Shown piece by piece: positions 17,969-27,685 of a DNA stretch of 31,128 nucleotides; position 1 is the stretch's first letter, and every line of letters begins with the position of its first letter. The stretch is from Candidatus Muiribacteriota bacterium. Its GTDB lineage: Bacteria > Muiribacteriota > Muiribacteriia > Muiribacteriales > Muiribacteriaceae. The position numbers were made by a program, and so were the translations under genes. The notes beneath the pieces are model-generated. The model saw only the letters and a list, made by a program, of their open reading frames with translations. It did not search any database and was not told the DNA's origin. Where the stretch lies: NCBI GenBank assembly GCA_051747805.1, contig JBNJGP010000031.1:1-31128 (forward strand), in the 5' to 3' direction.

Positions 17969-18913
17969 TTATCCCCTCTCTGCTAAAATCTTTTCACCCT
18001 GAGCTGCAGCTAATTTTTTACCCACATAAATATCTTTATTTATTTGTTTAACTAAGTCTTCTGTGTTTTTAAATTTTTTCTCTTTTCTAATAAATTCAAT
18101 AAATTCTACCTTGATTTTTTTATTATACATATTTTGGAGTTCAATATCAAAAATATGAGTTTCAATTTTTTTATCATCTTCAAAATTAATTGTGGGAGCT
18201 CCTCCAACATTAGTTATACTTACAAATTTTTTATTATTAATTAAAGTTTTTGAAAAATATACTCCGGGGTCTGGAATTATTTTACATGAGTTTTTAACCC
18301 GGAAGTTTAGAGTTGGTACTTTAAACTCTCTTCCAATTCTGTTTCCAGACTCAACAATACCGTGCATAAAAAATGGTCTTTTTAAATACTCAGAGGCTTT
18401 TTTCACCTCCCCTTTTTTAATAAATGTTCTTATTTTAGTAGAAGATATATTGTCTCCGTTTATTTTTAGAGGTTCTATTATATTAGCCCTCTCTTTAAAA
18501 AATTTTTTTAAAAGATTTGTATCGCCCTCTCTCTTATATCCAAAATGAAAATTCTTACCTACAGTAATCAGTGACGGTGACAAAAACTTGTCAATCATCC
18601 TTAGAAACTCGGTAGCCTCTATATTCATATATTTTTCAAAACATGGGGAAAAAATAACATCTATTCCTTTTTTCTGCATAATTTTAATTTTTTCATCAGG
18701 AGTAGTTATGCAATAGTTTCTTAAATTATTAATATAAATTGAAGGATGATTATAAAATGAGAAAACAGCAGCCTTTAAATTATTAATTTTTGAGTATTCC
18801 AATGTTTTTTCAAGAATATAATCATGCCCGGCATGTACTCCGTCAAAATTCCCAATCGAGAGCGCACAGTTTTTATATTTTGTGTTTTTTTTAAAATCAT
18901 AAAAAATATTCAT
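17969..18913 (-). CDS. ribF: Bifunctional riboflavin kinase / FAD synthetase
   Basis: IGNFDGVHAGH, VG.NFHFG, ISSTKIR, G..IGR...PTLN, ETHIFD, IRKEKKF; downstream of truB as usual. Confidence 0.93.
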   Translation of the reverse strand: MNIFYDFKKNTKYKNCALSIGNFDGVHAGHDYILEKTLEYSKINNLKAAVFSFYNHPSIYINNLRNYCITTPDEKIKIMQKKGIDVIFSPCFEKYMNIEATEFLRMIDKFLSPSLITVGKNFHFGYKREGDTNLLKKFFKERANIIEPLKINGDNISSTKIRTFIKKGEVKKASEYLKRPFFMHGIVESGNRIGREFKVPTLNFRVKNSCKIIPDPGVYFSKTLINNKKFVSITNVGGAPTINFEDDKKIETHIFDIELQNMYNKKIKVEFIEFIRKEKKFKNTEDLVKQINKDIYVGKKLAAAQGEKILAERG

Positions 18914-19770
18914 ATTAATACTGCTTCTGGTTTTAATAAGTTATTTTCAGCTTTATACAGAGCAAGAAATTCCCCTTCTAAAGAACAAATTTTAACTATC
19001 TGTCCATTTTTAATTTTATTTATATTTTTAATAAAAATACCATTTTTAACTTTTGAGGGAAAATTATAAAAAACAGAGGGAAGTTCTATAAAATTACCGG
19101 GGTTTAATAAGTTTTTGATTATATCATCTTTTTGTTTTATATCTTCAAGCTTTACAGAATCTTCAATAAAAAACTCATCGGATTTAGTTCTGGTTAAACT
19201 CGAAAGCACTGCAGGTATTTGAAGCATATCACCTATATCATTTGCAAGTGAGCGTATATAAGTACCTTTTGAGCATTCTATTTCAACCATAAGTTCGTTA
19301 CCATACAGTTCAAGTATTTTTAAATTTTTAATTTCAACTTCAACAGGCTTCATTTCGAATTCTTTTCCTTCTCTAAAAAGTTTATATGCACGTTGCCCCT
19401 TAATTTTTTTTGCAGAGGCAGTTGGAGGAACCTGTTTTATAAATCCACGGAAAACATTCAGTTTTTTATTTAATTCATTAATATCGGGCAATTTAAAATC
19501 TTTTTTTTCAGCTACAACTTTTCCTGTTATATCATAGGAATCAGTTTTAATGCCAAAAGTTATTCTGGCGAGATACCTTTTAGTTCCCCTGCTGAAATAA
19601 TCTGCCAGTTTTGTTGTCTTTCCAATCATAACAGGAAGTACTCCCCTGGCCATAGGGTCTAATGTGCCGAGATAACCAATTTTTGATTTAAGCCTGGTTT
19701 TTTTTATATGTCTTATTACATCATATGAACTAATACCGGAAGGTTTATTAACTATTAGTATTCCAAACAC
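18910..19770 (-). CDS. truB: tRNA pseudouridine(55) synthase
   Basis: GILIVNKPSGISS, GTLDP.A.GVL, KRY, TDSYD..G, QVPP..SA.K..G.RAY, CSKGTYIRSLA.DIG; GTG start. Confidence 0.95.
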   Translation of the reverse strand: MFGILIVNKPSGISSYDVIRHIKKTRLKSKIGYLGTLDPMARGVLPVMIGKTTKLADYFSRGTKRYLARITFGIKTDSYDITGKVVAEKKDFKLPDINELNKKLNVFRGFIKQVPPTASAKKIKGQRAYKLFREGKEFEMKPVEVEIKNLKILELYGNELMVEIECSKGTYIRSLANDIGDMLQIPAVLSSLTRTKSDEFFIEDSVKLEDIKQKDDIIKNLLNPGNFIELPSVFYNFPSKVKNGIFIKNINKIKNGQIVKICSLEGEFLALYKAENNLLKPEAVLI

Positions 19771-20966
19771 TAGAACCTCAACATAACGATAGAAACATCG
19801 TCATTAACAGCTTTTTTCTCAAAATCACAATAATTTTCAAATATATTATTTAATATAATAGAAAGGTTATTCTGTTTATTTTCTTTTATTAAATCTTTCA
19901 ATTTATTCTGCTGAGTTAGATAGTCAATATCATCACTATACTCAATAACCCCGTCAGAATAAATAAACATTAAATCCCCATCGTTATATTTTATTTTTTT
20001 ACTTTCAAATTGATATTCCTCGAATGTTCCTATAAATACGCCGCCTGTTTTTAAATACTCAATATTTGAATCGCTAATATACATAGGAAAATTATGTCCA
20101 CAGTTTATATATTCGATTTCTTTCTCTTTTACATTTACTTTTAAAAAAAATAAAGTAGAATAGGTTATTTCATTCCCTATTTCATCAAAAAGCATCTGGT
20201 TTAATTTATTAATAAAATCTTCGAGATTGAATTCAGCGGCACATTTATTCCATGTAAGCGCTTTTATTAAACTGTGTATCATAATTACTATTAGAGAGGC
20301 ATATAACCCTTTACCAGAAACATCTCCAAGAAACAGTATATATTCATCTTCTGAAATTTGAATTTTTTCAAAATAATCCCCGCCTACATCAAAGGCTGGC
20401 TTATAAAAAGTCATTACATCTATATTTTCTATATTATCAATTTTTTTGGTGATTTTTTTTGCAAAAACAGTCGCCAGTTCCATCTCACGACTTAATTTTT
20501 CCATTTTTACAATATTTTTATGTAACTTTATTGTTTCAATAGTATATCCAATTTGAGTTGCAAAAATAAAAAGCAGATCGTTTTCTTCATCAGAAAACGG
20601 TTTATTGTCATTTCTTTCTGTTAAATTGATTATACCAAGCAATTTTTCTCTGATAATTATTGGTACACTTAAAAAGTTTCTTTTTTTATCAAGAACTGAT
20701 TTTTTTTCTGAAATAATTTTTTTAGTTACCCATCCGGTTTTTTTTATTTTTTCATTTTCTACAAAACCAGGAGAGTTAAAACCTTTACCAATTTTAATAA
20801 AAGGTTGTCCTTCCTCATTCATTAAAACAATTGAACACCTTGAGCAGTTCATAATTGTAAGCAATTTTTCTATAACAACTCTTAACAGTGCTTCGAAATT
20901 AAATATACTTGAAACAGAAGAGCTGATTTCAAGAAGAAAATTTAATTTTTCATCTTTATTACTCAT
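19770..20966 (-). CDS. GAF + SpoIIE/PP2C (RsbU-like) serine phosphatase
   Basis: GAF (LSVPIIIREKLLGIINL..PFS.EE.DLL..FATQ); VGGDY, GDVSGKG, NCGH, YSDGVIE, DDVS. Confidence 0.9.
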   Translation of the reverse strand: MSNKDEKLNFLLEISSSVSSIFNFEALLRVVIEKLLTIMNCSRCSIVLMNEEGQPFIKIGKGFNSPGFVENEKIKKTGWVTKKIISEKKSVLDKKRNFLSVPIIIREKLLGIINLTERNDNKPFSDEENDLLFIFATQIGYTIETIKLHKNIVKMEKLSREMELATVFAKKITKKIDNIENIDVMTFYKPAFDVGGDYFEKIQISEDEYILFLGDVSGKGLYASLIVIMIHSLIKALTWNKCAAEFNLEDFINKLNQMLFDEIGNEITYSTLFFLKVNVKEKEIEYINCGHNFPMYISDSNIEYLKTGGVFIGTFEEYQFESKKIKYNDGDLMFIYSDGVIEYSDDIDYLTQQNKLKDLIKENKQNNLSIILNNIFENYCDFEKKAVNDDVSIVMLRF

Positions 20967-21924
20967 TTTCTAAAAACTCTCTTACAACTTTGAGTATTTT
21001 GTCAATATTTTTATTTATTTCTCCCGTCATATTAAACCCGGAAGCATTTTTATGGCCTCCTCCACCAAATTTTCTGGCCACTTTAGATATATCAAGCTTT
21101 TTAGACCGAATACTTATTTTTTGATGTTCCCTACCAGTCTGCATTACAAGAAATGCCAGCTCAAACGGTTTATACACCATAAGCTGATTAACAATACCAT
21201 CTGTATCTTCCTGACATGCTTTTGTATCTTTAAAATCCTGTTCTGTAATATAAGAATAAACAAAATTCTTTTCCATTTCAGAGTTCTTTAAAACACGTTT
21301 CAGGAGAGTATATTTTCTAAGCGGATAAGAACAGTAGATTTTCGCCATTATATCCTGATAATCTACTCCCTGCCTGATTATTTCAGAAACAGCTTTAAAA
21401 ACTTCTGAATCAGTATTTCTAAACCTGAATCCTCCGGTATCTGATACAATACCTGTAAGGAGACAGGCAGCTATATTTTTGTCTATAAATTCTTTGAATA
21501 CTTCATTCATCATTTCAAAAACTATTAAGCATGTTGCGGCTTTTTGTGGATTTATAAGGTTAATGTCAGCAAAACCCTCGTTTGTATAATGATGATCAAT
21601 ACATATAATTTTTTTGCCATAAAATTCAGAACTATTAAGTCCCAGTCGGTTTATTTCAGATATATCCAGAACAATTATTAAATCATAATCGATTGAGTCA
21701 AAATCATCAAGACCAAAGACATTATTAAATTCGGGTAAAAACTGATAAACTTCAGGCACATTATCTCTAAAAAAAATTTTAGAATTCTTGCCCATTTTTT
21801 TAAGAAGAATGTCCATCGCAAGTGATGATCCAATTGAATCGCCATCAGGACGTACATGCGAAAAAATAGCTATATCATCATAATCATTAATTATTTCTTT
21901 AATTCTATTATAAGTTTTAATCAT
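20959..21924 (-). CDS. nrnA: DHH-family bifunctional oligoribonuclease / pAp phosphatase
   Basis: H.RPDGDSIGS, IDHH, GIVSDTG.F, SIRS, GGGGHKNASG; start ATG 21924 preferred (AAGGA RBS), 21933 possible. Confidence 0.92.
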   Translation of the reverse strand: MIKTYNRIKEIINDYDDIAIFSHVRPDGDSIGSSLAMDILLKKMGKNSKIFFRDNVPEVYQFLPEFNNVFGLDDFDSIDYDLIIVLDISEINRLGLNSSEFYGKKIICIDHHYTNEGFADINLINPQKAATCLIVFEMMNEVFKEFIDKNIAACLLTGIVSDTGGFRFRNTDSEVFKAVSEIIRQGVDYQDIMAKIYCSYPLRKYTLLKRVLKNSEMEKNFVYSYITEQDFKDTKACQEDTDGIVNQLMVYKPFELAFLVMQTGREHQKISIRSKKLDISKVARKFGGGGHKNASGFNMTGEINKNIDKILKVVREFLENE

Positions 21925-22276
21925 TTCTATCATCCTTAATCTTTTTAAAAATTTCTTCCATTCGCTGGGCTTTTTCTACACTATCATCAAACAGGAAAAT
22001 AAGCTTTGGAGTATACTTTAAATTAATTTCTGATGAAAACTTCGCCTGAATAAAACCACCGGCTTTTTTTAAAGCTTCTTTAACCTCTTTTTTATCTTCC
22101 TGACCGCCTAAAACACTGTAAAAAACTTTCGCCTCCCTCAAATCCGGAGCAACCTTAATATTTATCACAGTCATTTTAGAAAGTCTGGGGTCTGTAACTT
22201 CTTTTTTTAAAATTTTAGCTGTAATTTCCTTTATTAAACTATTAATTTTTTTTAATCTTATACTCTCTTTTTTCAT
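21917..22276 (-). CDS. rbfA: 30S ribosome-binding factor A
   Basis: DPRL, V.PDLREAKVF, L.KA.GFI, LKYTPKL.F.FD.S; directly after infB. Confidence 0.96.
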   Translation of the reverse strand: MKKESIRLKKINSLIKEITAKILKKEVTDPRLSKMTVINIKVAPDLREAKVFYSVLGGQEDKKEVKEALKKAGGFIQAKFSSEINLKYTPKLIFLFDDSVEKAQRMEEIFKKIKDDRND

Positions 22277-24513
22277 TATGCTTCTCTTTCCTCTTCTTGT
22301 TCTTCAATAAATTCAATAATATCATCCTCTTTGATGTCATTGTAGTTTTCAATACCAACACCGCATTCATACCCCGAAGAAACTTCTTTGACATCATCCT
22401 TGAATCTTTTAAGAGATGAAACTTTAGAAGAATAAATTTCGACTCCGTCTCTTATAAGTTTAACTTTAGCTTTCCTCTTCACCACACCATTTTCAACTTT
22501 GCACCCGGCAATAACACCGGCCTTTGGAACTTTAAATGTGGTCAACACTTTTGCAGAACCAATAACAACATCCTCATATCTTGTTTCCCACATTCCCCTT
22601 ACAAACTTTTTAATATCATCTATTATCTCATAAATAATTTTATAAGTTCTTATTTCAACACCTTCTTTTTCTGCAAGTTTTTTAGCATTTGCAGATTCTC
22701 TCACATTAAATCCAATAATAATAGCATCCGAGGCAACTGCCAGGTTAATATCAGTTTCAGAAACCATTCCTACGCCACTGTGAATAACTTTAACATCAAT
22801 TTCTTCATCCTGAAGTTTATCTATACTTTCCTTAATTGCGGTTCCAGTACCTCTTACGTCAGATTTTAAAATAATATTAAGCTTTTTCTTCTCTTCCTCG
22901 GCAGCCGAAGAAAAAATATCCTCTATTGTTTTTGCACGGTTAAGTTTCATTTTCTGGTTTTTAACTTTTTCAGCATGCTTGCTTGTAATTTCACGAGCCA
23001 GCTTTTCATTTGCAACAACTTTAAATTTATCTCCGGCATGAGGAACTTCAGAAAGCCCCATCAGTTCAACGGGTTTTGACGGCTCTGCCCTTTCAACATT
23101 TTTCCCATATTCATCAAACATTGCCTTAATTCGTCCATAGGCAACACCAGAAACTACAATGTCTCCTTTATGAAGCACTCCCTGCTGAACAACAACAGTG
23201 GCAAGAGGACCTTTTCCTTTATGCTTAAAAGATTCAACTATAACACCATGAGCAGAAATGTCGTATTCAGCCTTGAACTCTTCCATTTCTGCTACAAGAA
23301 TAATCATTTCAAGAAGTTCTTCAATATTTATGCCATTTTTAGCCGAAAGCTCAACGGTAATTGTGTCCCCGCCCCATGATTCTGGTGTTAAACCAATTCC
23401 TGCAAGTTCCTGTTTGACTTTTTCCGGATTAGCTCCAGGTTTATCAATTTTATTAATAGCTATTATTATAGGAACCTCCGCAGCTTTTGCATGGTCAACT
23501 GCCTCCATGGTCTGGGGCTTTAATCCATCATCTGCTGAAATCACAATAATAGCAATATCTGTTACGTTTGCTCCCTGAGCTCTCATTTCGGTAAAAGCCT
23601 CATGACCGGGAGTATCAATAAACGTTATTTTATTTTTTTTCCATGTTATTTGATAGGCCCCAATATGCTGGGTTATCCCTCCTGATTCTCTGGCTACAAC
23701 ATTTGATTTTCTTATATTATCAAGTAATGTTGTTTTTCCATGATCTACATGACCCATAATTGTAACTACGGCTGGTCTGGGCTTTAAAAGTTCGGCTCTC
23801 AAAGCTTCGGCCCTTTTGTTTTCTGCCTCCTGTTTATTTTCCGTTTCATATCCAAAATCCTCTGCAATAAGGGAGGCCACGTCATAATCAAGAGGTTGTG
23901 TGACATTGGTTACGCCAAGAAGCATTAATTTTTTAATTATTTCATTCTGATTAACATTTAATTTATCAGCAAATTCCTTAACAGAAATAAAATCCTCAAG
24001 CTGAATCACAGGCTGTTCTTCCTGTTGTTCTTCTTTTCTTTTCTGCTCCTGTTTAGCCTGTTCTTTTTTTTCTTTCAGTTCTCTTTCACTTAAATTATCA
24101 ATATTCTTTTTTCTTGATTTTCGCTTATTTCTTTCCTCTTTAGAAAATTTTTTACCCGTTTCTTCTTCAAAAATTTCCAGCTCATCAAGCTCTTCTTCAA
24201 AATCCTTATCAACAAATGGCTCCTCTTTCTTTTTCTGTCCATCTTTTAATTCCGCATTTATAATAATTTCTCCATCTGAGACCATTTTAGGCTTCTTTTT
24301 GGTTTTTCTGCCAGTTTCTTTTTTTGTCTTTTTCGGGGCATTTTCCATATTTTCTGACGAAAAATAATCATATAGACTTTCTGCACTTTCTACACTCAAT
24401 GTTGTAGAATGATGACGTTTTTTAAGCTCTATCCCCAAATCATCACATGCCTCATATATGTCATTATAGTTAACACCTGTTTTCTTTTTAATTTCACTTA
24501 ATCTAATACTCAC
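22276..24513 (-). CDS. infB: Translation initiation factor IF-2
   Basis: [63 protein letters not shown] start with AAGGGGG RBS. Confidence 0.98.
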   Translation of the reverse strand: MSIRLSEIKKKTGVNYNDIYEACDDLGIELKKRHHSTTLSVESAESLYDYFSSENMENAPKKTKKETGRKTKKKPKMVSDGEIIINAELKDGQKKKEEPFVDKDFEEELDELEIFEEETGKKFSKEERNKRKSRKKNIDNLSERELKEKKEQAKQEQKRKEEQQEEQPVIQLEDFISVKEFADKLNVNQNEIIKKLMLLGVTNVTQPLDYDVASLIAEDFGYETENKQEAENKRAEALRAELLKPRPAVVTIMGHVDHGKTTLLDNIRKSNVVARESGGITQHIGAYQITWKKNKITFIDTPGHEAFTEMRAQGANVTDIAIIVISADDGLKPQTMEAVDHAKAAEVPIIIAINKIDKPGANPEKVKQELAGIGLTPESWGGDTITVELSAKNGINIEELLEMIILVAEMEEFKAEYDISAHGVIVESFKHKGKGPLATVVVQQGVLHKGDIVVSGVAYGRIKAMFDEYGKNVERAEPSKPVELMGLSEVPHAGDKFKVVANEKLAREITSKHAEKVKNQKMKLNRAKTIEDIFSSAAEEEKKKLNIILKSDVRGTGTAIKESIDKLQDEEIDVKVIHSGVGMVSETDINLAVASDAIIIGFNVRESANAKKLAEKEGVEIRTYKIIYEIIDDIKKFVRGMWETRYEDVVIGSAKVLTTFKVPKAGVIAGCKVENGVVKRKAKVKLIRDGVEIYSSKVSSLKRFKDDVKEVSSGYECGVGIENYNDIKEDDIIEFIEEQEEEREA

Positions 24514-24595
24514 TAAAACGCCCCCTTTCTTTATGAAAAACTTAAATACTTATTTATACTGTAAAAAATTTCATCTTCTATAATTAAAAAATATC

Positions 24596-25660
24596 TCATA
24601 ACATTTTTTCAACTTTTTCTTTTTTCTGACTTTCGCTTAATATATCTATTTTAACACCAACCAGCCTTGCAGCCAACCTTACATTCTGCCCCTCTTTACC
24701 TATTGCAAGTGAAAGATGATGGTCTGGAACAACAACTTCAGTTTCAGTAATTCCCCCGTTTTCCTTTATTTCAATAGAAATAACATCAGAAGGTGCCAGG
24801 GCATTTGTAATATATTTTCTTATATCATCACTGTATCTGATAACATCAATTTTTTCACCACGCAACTCATTCACAACCTGTTGAATTCTCACGCCCTTTA
24901 CTCCGACACACGCTCCAACAGAATCTATCTTTTCATGATCTGAAAAAACCGCAATTTTCGACCTACTTCCAGGCTCTCTTGCCACCGATTTAATATGAAT
25001 AATTCCCTCTTCTATTTCAGGAATCTCCTGCTCAAAAAGTTTTTTTAAAAACTCTGGATGAGTTCTTGACAAATAGACAACCGGTCCCCTTGTAGTTTTT
25101 CTTACATCTGCAATCAATGCTTTAATAATTTTATTAGATCTGAACTTTTCCCCGGGTATCTGATCCTTTTTTAATATTACAGCCTCAAGTTTCTCAAGTT
25201 CTACAAGAACGCTGCCATCAGCATTCACCTTTTGAACTTTAAGCATTTCAACCGTATTTATTTTTTTCTGATAAAAATTAAAAATCGAATCTTTTTCAGC
25301 GTCCTTGAATTTATGTACAATTATCTGCCGTGCAGTTTGAGCAGCTATTCTGCCAACACTTTCAGGCGCCAACTCGATTTTAATATTATCACCTATTTTA
25401 ATATCGGGATCATGCTCCCGGGCTGTTTGAAGACCAATTTCATTAATGTTTCTAGCCTTGCCTTTTGCAACTCTTTTAACAGCGTAAACTCGAATTTCGC
25501 CATCTTCATTATCAAATTCAATCTCGAGCTTGTCTATATCTGAAAATTTTTTTCGAAGTGCCTGTACTACAGCACTTTTTATAGTTTCAATCACAACTTC
25601 TTTATTTATACCTCTATCTCGTTCTAATTGCTCTAGCGCTTGTAAAATCTGGGCATTCAT
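24596..25660 (-). CDS. nusA: Transcription termination/antitermination factor NusA
   Basis: GRIAAQTARQ, LSRTHP.FLKKLFEQEIPEI, AREPGSRSKIAV, GACVG.KG.RI, LSLAIGKEGQNVRLAARL; start set at ATG 25660 (GGAGG RBS). Confidence 0.97.
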   Translation of the reverse strand: MNAQILQALEQLERDRGINKEVVIETIKSAVVQALRKKFSDIDKLEIEFDNEDGEIRVYAVKRVAKGKARNINEIGLQTAREHDPDIKIGDNIKIELAPESVGRIAAQTARQIIVHKFKDAEKDSIFNFYQKKINTVEMLKVQKVNADGSVLVELEKLEAVILKKDQIPGEKFRSNKIIKALIADVRKTTRGPVVYLSRTHPEFLKKLFEQEIPEIEEGIIHIKSVAREPGSRSKIAVFSDHEKIDSVGACVGVKGVRIQQVVNELRGEKIDVIRYSDDIRKYITNALAPSDVISIEIKENGGITETEVVVPDHHLSLAIGKEGQNVRLAARLVGVKIDILSESQKKEKVEKML

Positions 25661-25690
25661 TTGAGGCCTCCAATTTTTCTTTATAAAAAT

Positions 25691-25715
25691 TAAAGGGCGA
25701 TATTCTCGCCCTTTA
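25691..25715 (-). terminator. Leader hairpin upstream of nusA (rimP-leader-like attenuator/terminator)
   Basis: Perfect 10-bp stem TAAAGGGCGA/TCGCCCTTTA with 5-nt loop, flanked by A/T tracts; lies between the predicted promoter and the nusA RBS. Confidence 0.7.
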
Positions 25716-25739
25716 TTTTTAATGGACATATTTTGAATT

Positions 25740-25768
25740 ATATTACACTATTTTTTTTAAAATTGCAA
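25740..25768 (-). promoter_or_regulatory. Putative sigma70 promoter of the nusA-infB operon
   Basis: Minus strand TTGCAA (25768-25763), 17-nt spacer, TAATAT (25745-25740), overlapping a TATAAT at 25742-25737. Confidence 0.6.
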
Positions 25769-25897
25769 ATATGACCTGAGTGTATCCGCAATTAGCAATG
25801 AAAAAAAGAAAATTCTGTTTGAAACCACAAAGTTTGAAGGCCATACTACTGAAGAATTTTCATTGTCTACAGGTTGTTTTATCTGCTTTTTAAAAAC

Positions 25898-27685
25898 TCA
25901 AGCTCTAATGTAAATAGAATAAAAATAAATTGAAATTAAAAAAATAAACAAAAAGATAAATAAATTAGTATGAACAATTTCAATATCCTCTTTTTCAGTT
26001 GTAAATTCTCCGTATTCTTCCATAAAAAGTTGAAGGTCATTATACTCTAAAAATTTTCCATCAGTTTTATAGGCAAGCTCTTTCATAAATGAAGGGTTGA
26101 CCTCAGTTTTTTCAAATTCAAGAATATGTGGATAAACAAAAAAAGTAAACTCCTGTCTGTTTATTAGAGCTTCTCCCTGCTTTAAAAGCACGGTCAGCAC
26201 CTTTCTGCCTTCACTTCTTAATTCCTTGCTTATTTTTTTTCTGTCTGAAATTTTTACATCATTTAAAAAAACCTCAACATTTCCCTCAATGCTAGTATGA
26301 ATATCCAGTTCCAGATTTTCACCAACCGTGTAATACTTTTTTAATCCAGCAGGATTTATATCACGATTTTTAGATACATAGTTCCCGAAAAAATTTTCAA
26401 AAAATAAATTAAATAAATTATGGGGAAGATCGTATCTGAAAATACTGTTTAATGATTTAGTGTAAAAAGGACCCGAAGTAAATATACCATAAACTCCTCT
26501 TCCCCTATGCATCAAAGAAAGCACCGGATTATTATCACTGTCAGTAATAAAATCCTGGGCCTCATAAGGTCTTTTATTTTTATATTTATATAGATAATTA
26601 AATGTAAGAGCATTATTCCATATTTTTTCAGAATGGAGTACATTGTCTTTTATCTCAAAAAAAGGCATTCTCATATAGTTTTGATTAAAAACAGGTGAAA
26701 TTGATTCTGAAACAAGAACTGAAGGAGATTTAACAAAAGGAATTTCAACTTCTTCAGGGGTGTTTTGTGTCATAAAGTAAAAATATACTCCGCCATCGTT
26801 TATAAAATCTTCAATTTTATCTATTTTAAAGGAAGGTTCATCAAAATCAATTAGTAAATCCAGAGAAGAAATAATACTGTCATCAAATTCATTTGTATTA
26901 AGCTCCACCTGACCCAGTCTGGCAAGAACTCTTCTTAAAAAGGCCGCATCTACATTTACCTGTTTCTGATTAATTACAGAAATAATTTCTTCAGTTCCGA
27001 CCTCAAAAGATATATCAATATAATTATTATCTATCCTGTTCTCGTTTTGAAACGGTACCACTCCCGCCCTGAAGTTATGACTTCCTTTCGGAAAAACTTC
27101 ATTTATCTTTATATTATTTTCACCATGTTTAAGGTTAACAGGTTTGTTTTTTTCATTAAACTCAAAAAAACCATTAATTTCCTCTGTTCCATTTAAAAAA
27201 ACCTGAAAATCAAATTCTTCTTCTCTTCCCGCCTGAATATAATTGGAAAAATTTACATCCCGGACAATTATGTCAAATTTTTCTTCTTCATGTCCGAGCG
27301 GGCAGGAAAAAATCCTCGCCGTTGTATTTAATCTCTGGTCTTTAAAAGAGGTATCGTTTCCATCGCTTATTAAAATTAAATTCTGATAGGAAACAGGTAT
27401 TCTGTTAATAGAACTTATAATGTTTGTAAAATTAGTGTTTTTTTCAACTTCAGCACGGTCTTTTGAAAAATCCTCTGCAAAATAATATATATTAAATTCA
27501 TCATATTTCCTGGAAATATTATCAACTTCGGGTATAAACTCATCCATACTTTCTGAAATATCAAGTAAAAAAGCGGTATTTTCTGTATTTTCTGTTTTTG
27601 TTGTACATGATAAAACCGGGTTAAATAAAAATAGCCCCGCCATTATTAAAATTAAAACTCTTAAAATTATTATTTTCATAACCAT
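25898..27685 (-). CDS. Membrane-anchored vWA-domain protein of the MoxR cluster
   Basis: N- and C-terminal hydrophobic helices; MIDAS-like LLDISES and LISDG; Ig-like segment ending ENRIDNN; start may be 27679. Confidence 0.7.
   Translation of the reverse strand: MVMKIIILRVLILIMAGLFLFNPVLSCTTKTENTENTAFLLDISESMDEFIPEVDNISRKYDEFNIYYFAEDFSKDRAEVEKNTNFTNIISSINRIPVSYQNLILISDGNDTSFKDQRLNTTARIFSCPLGHEEEKFDIIVRDVNFSNYIQAGREEEFDFQVFLNGTEEINGFFEFNEKNKPVNLKHGENNIKINEVFPKGSHNFRAGVVPFQNENRIDNNYIDISFEVGTEEIISVINQKQVNVDAAFLRRVLARLGQVELNTNEFDDSIISSLDLLIDFDEPSFKIDKIEDFINDGGVYFYFMTQNTPEEVEIPFVKSPSVLVSESISPVFNQNYMRMPFFEIKDNVLHSEKIWNNALTFNYLYKYKNKRPYEAQDFITDSDNNPVLSLMHRGRGVYGIFTSGPFYTKSLNSIFRYDLPHNLFNLFFENFFGNYVSKNRDINPAGLKKYYTVGENLELDIHTSIEGNVEVFLNDVKISDRKKISKELRSEGRKVLTVLLKQGEALINRQEFTFFVYPHILEFEKTEVNPSFMKELAYKTDGKFLEYNDLQLFMEEYGEFTTEKEDIEIVHTNLFIFLFIFLISIYFYSIYIRA

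Noticed and set aside
25661..25729. N-terminal extension of NusA in the ORF track (likewise 7291-7338 for HDOD and 12191-12259 for STAS)
   Set aside because: Downstream ATGs have good RBSs and match family N-termini; the extensions run through a leader hairpin or overlap upstream genes.
25761..25893. Short plus-strand open frames in the nusA upstream region (MKKRKFCLKPQ..., and a startless frame containing ..TGCFI..)
   Set aside because: No RBS, short, and no convincing similarity; the region is better explained as promoter and non-coding sequence.
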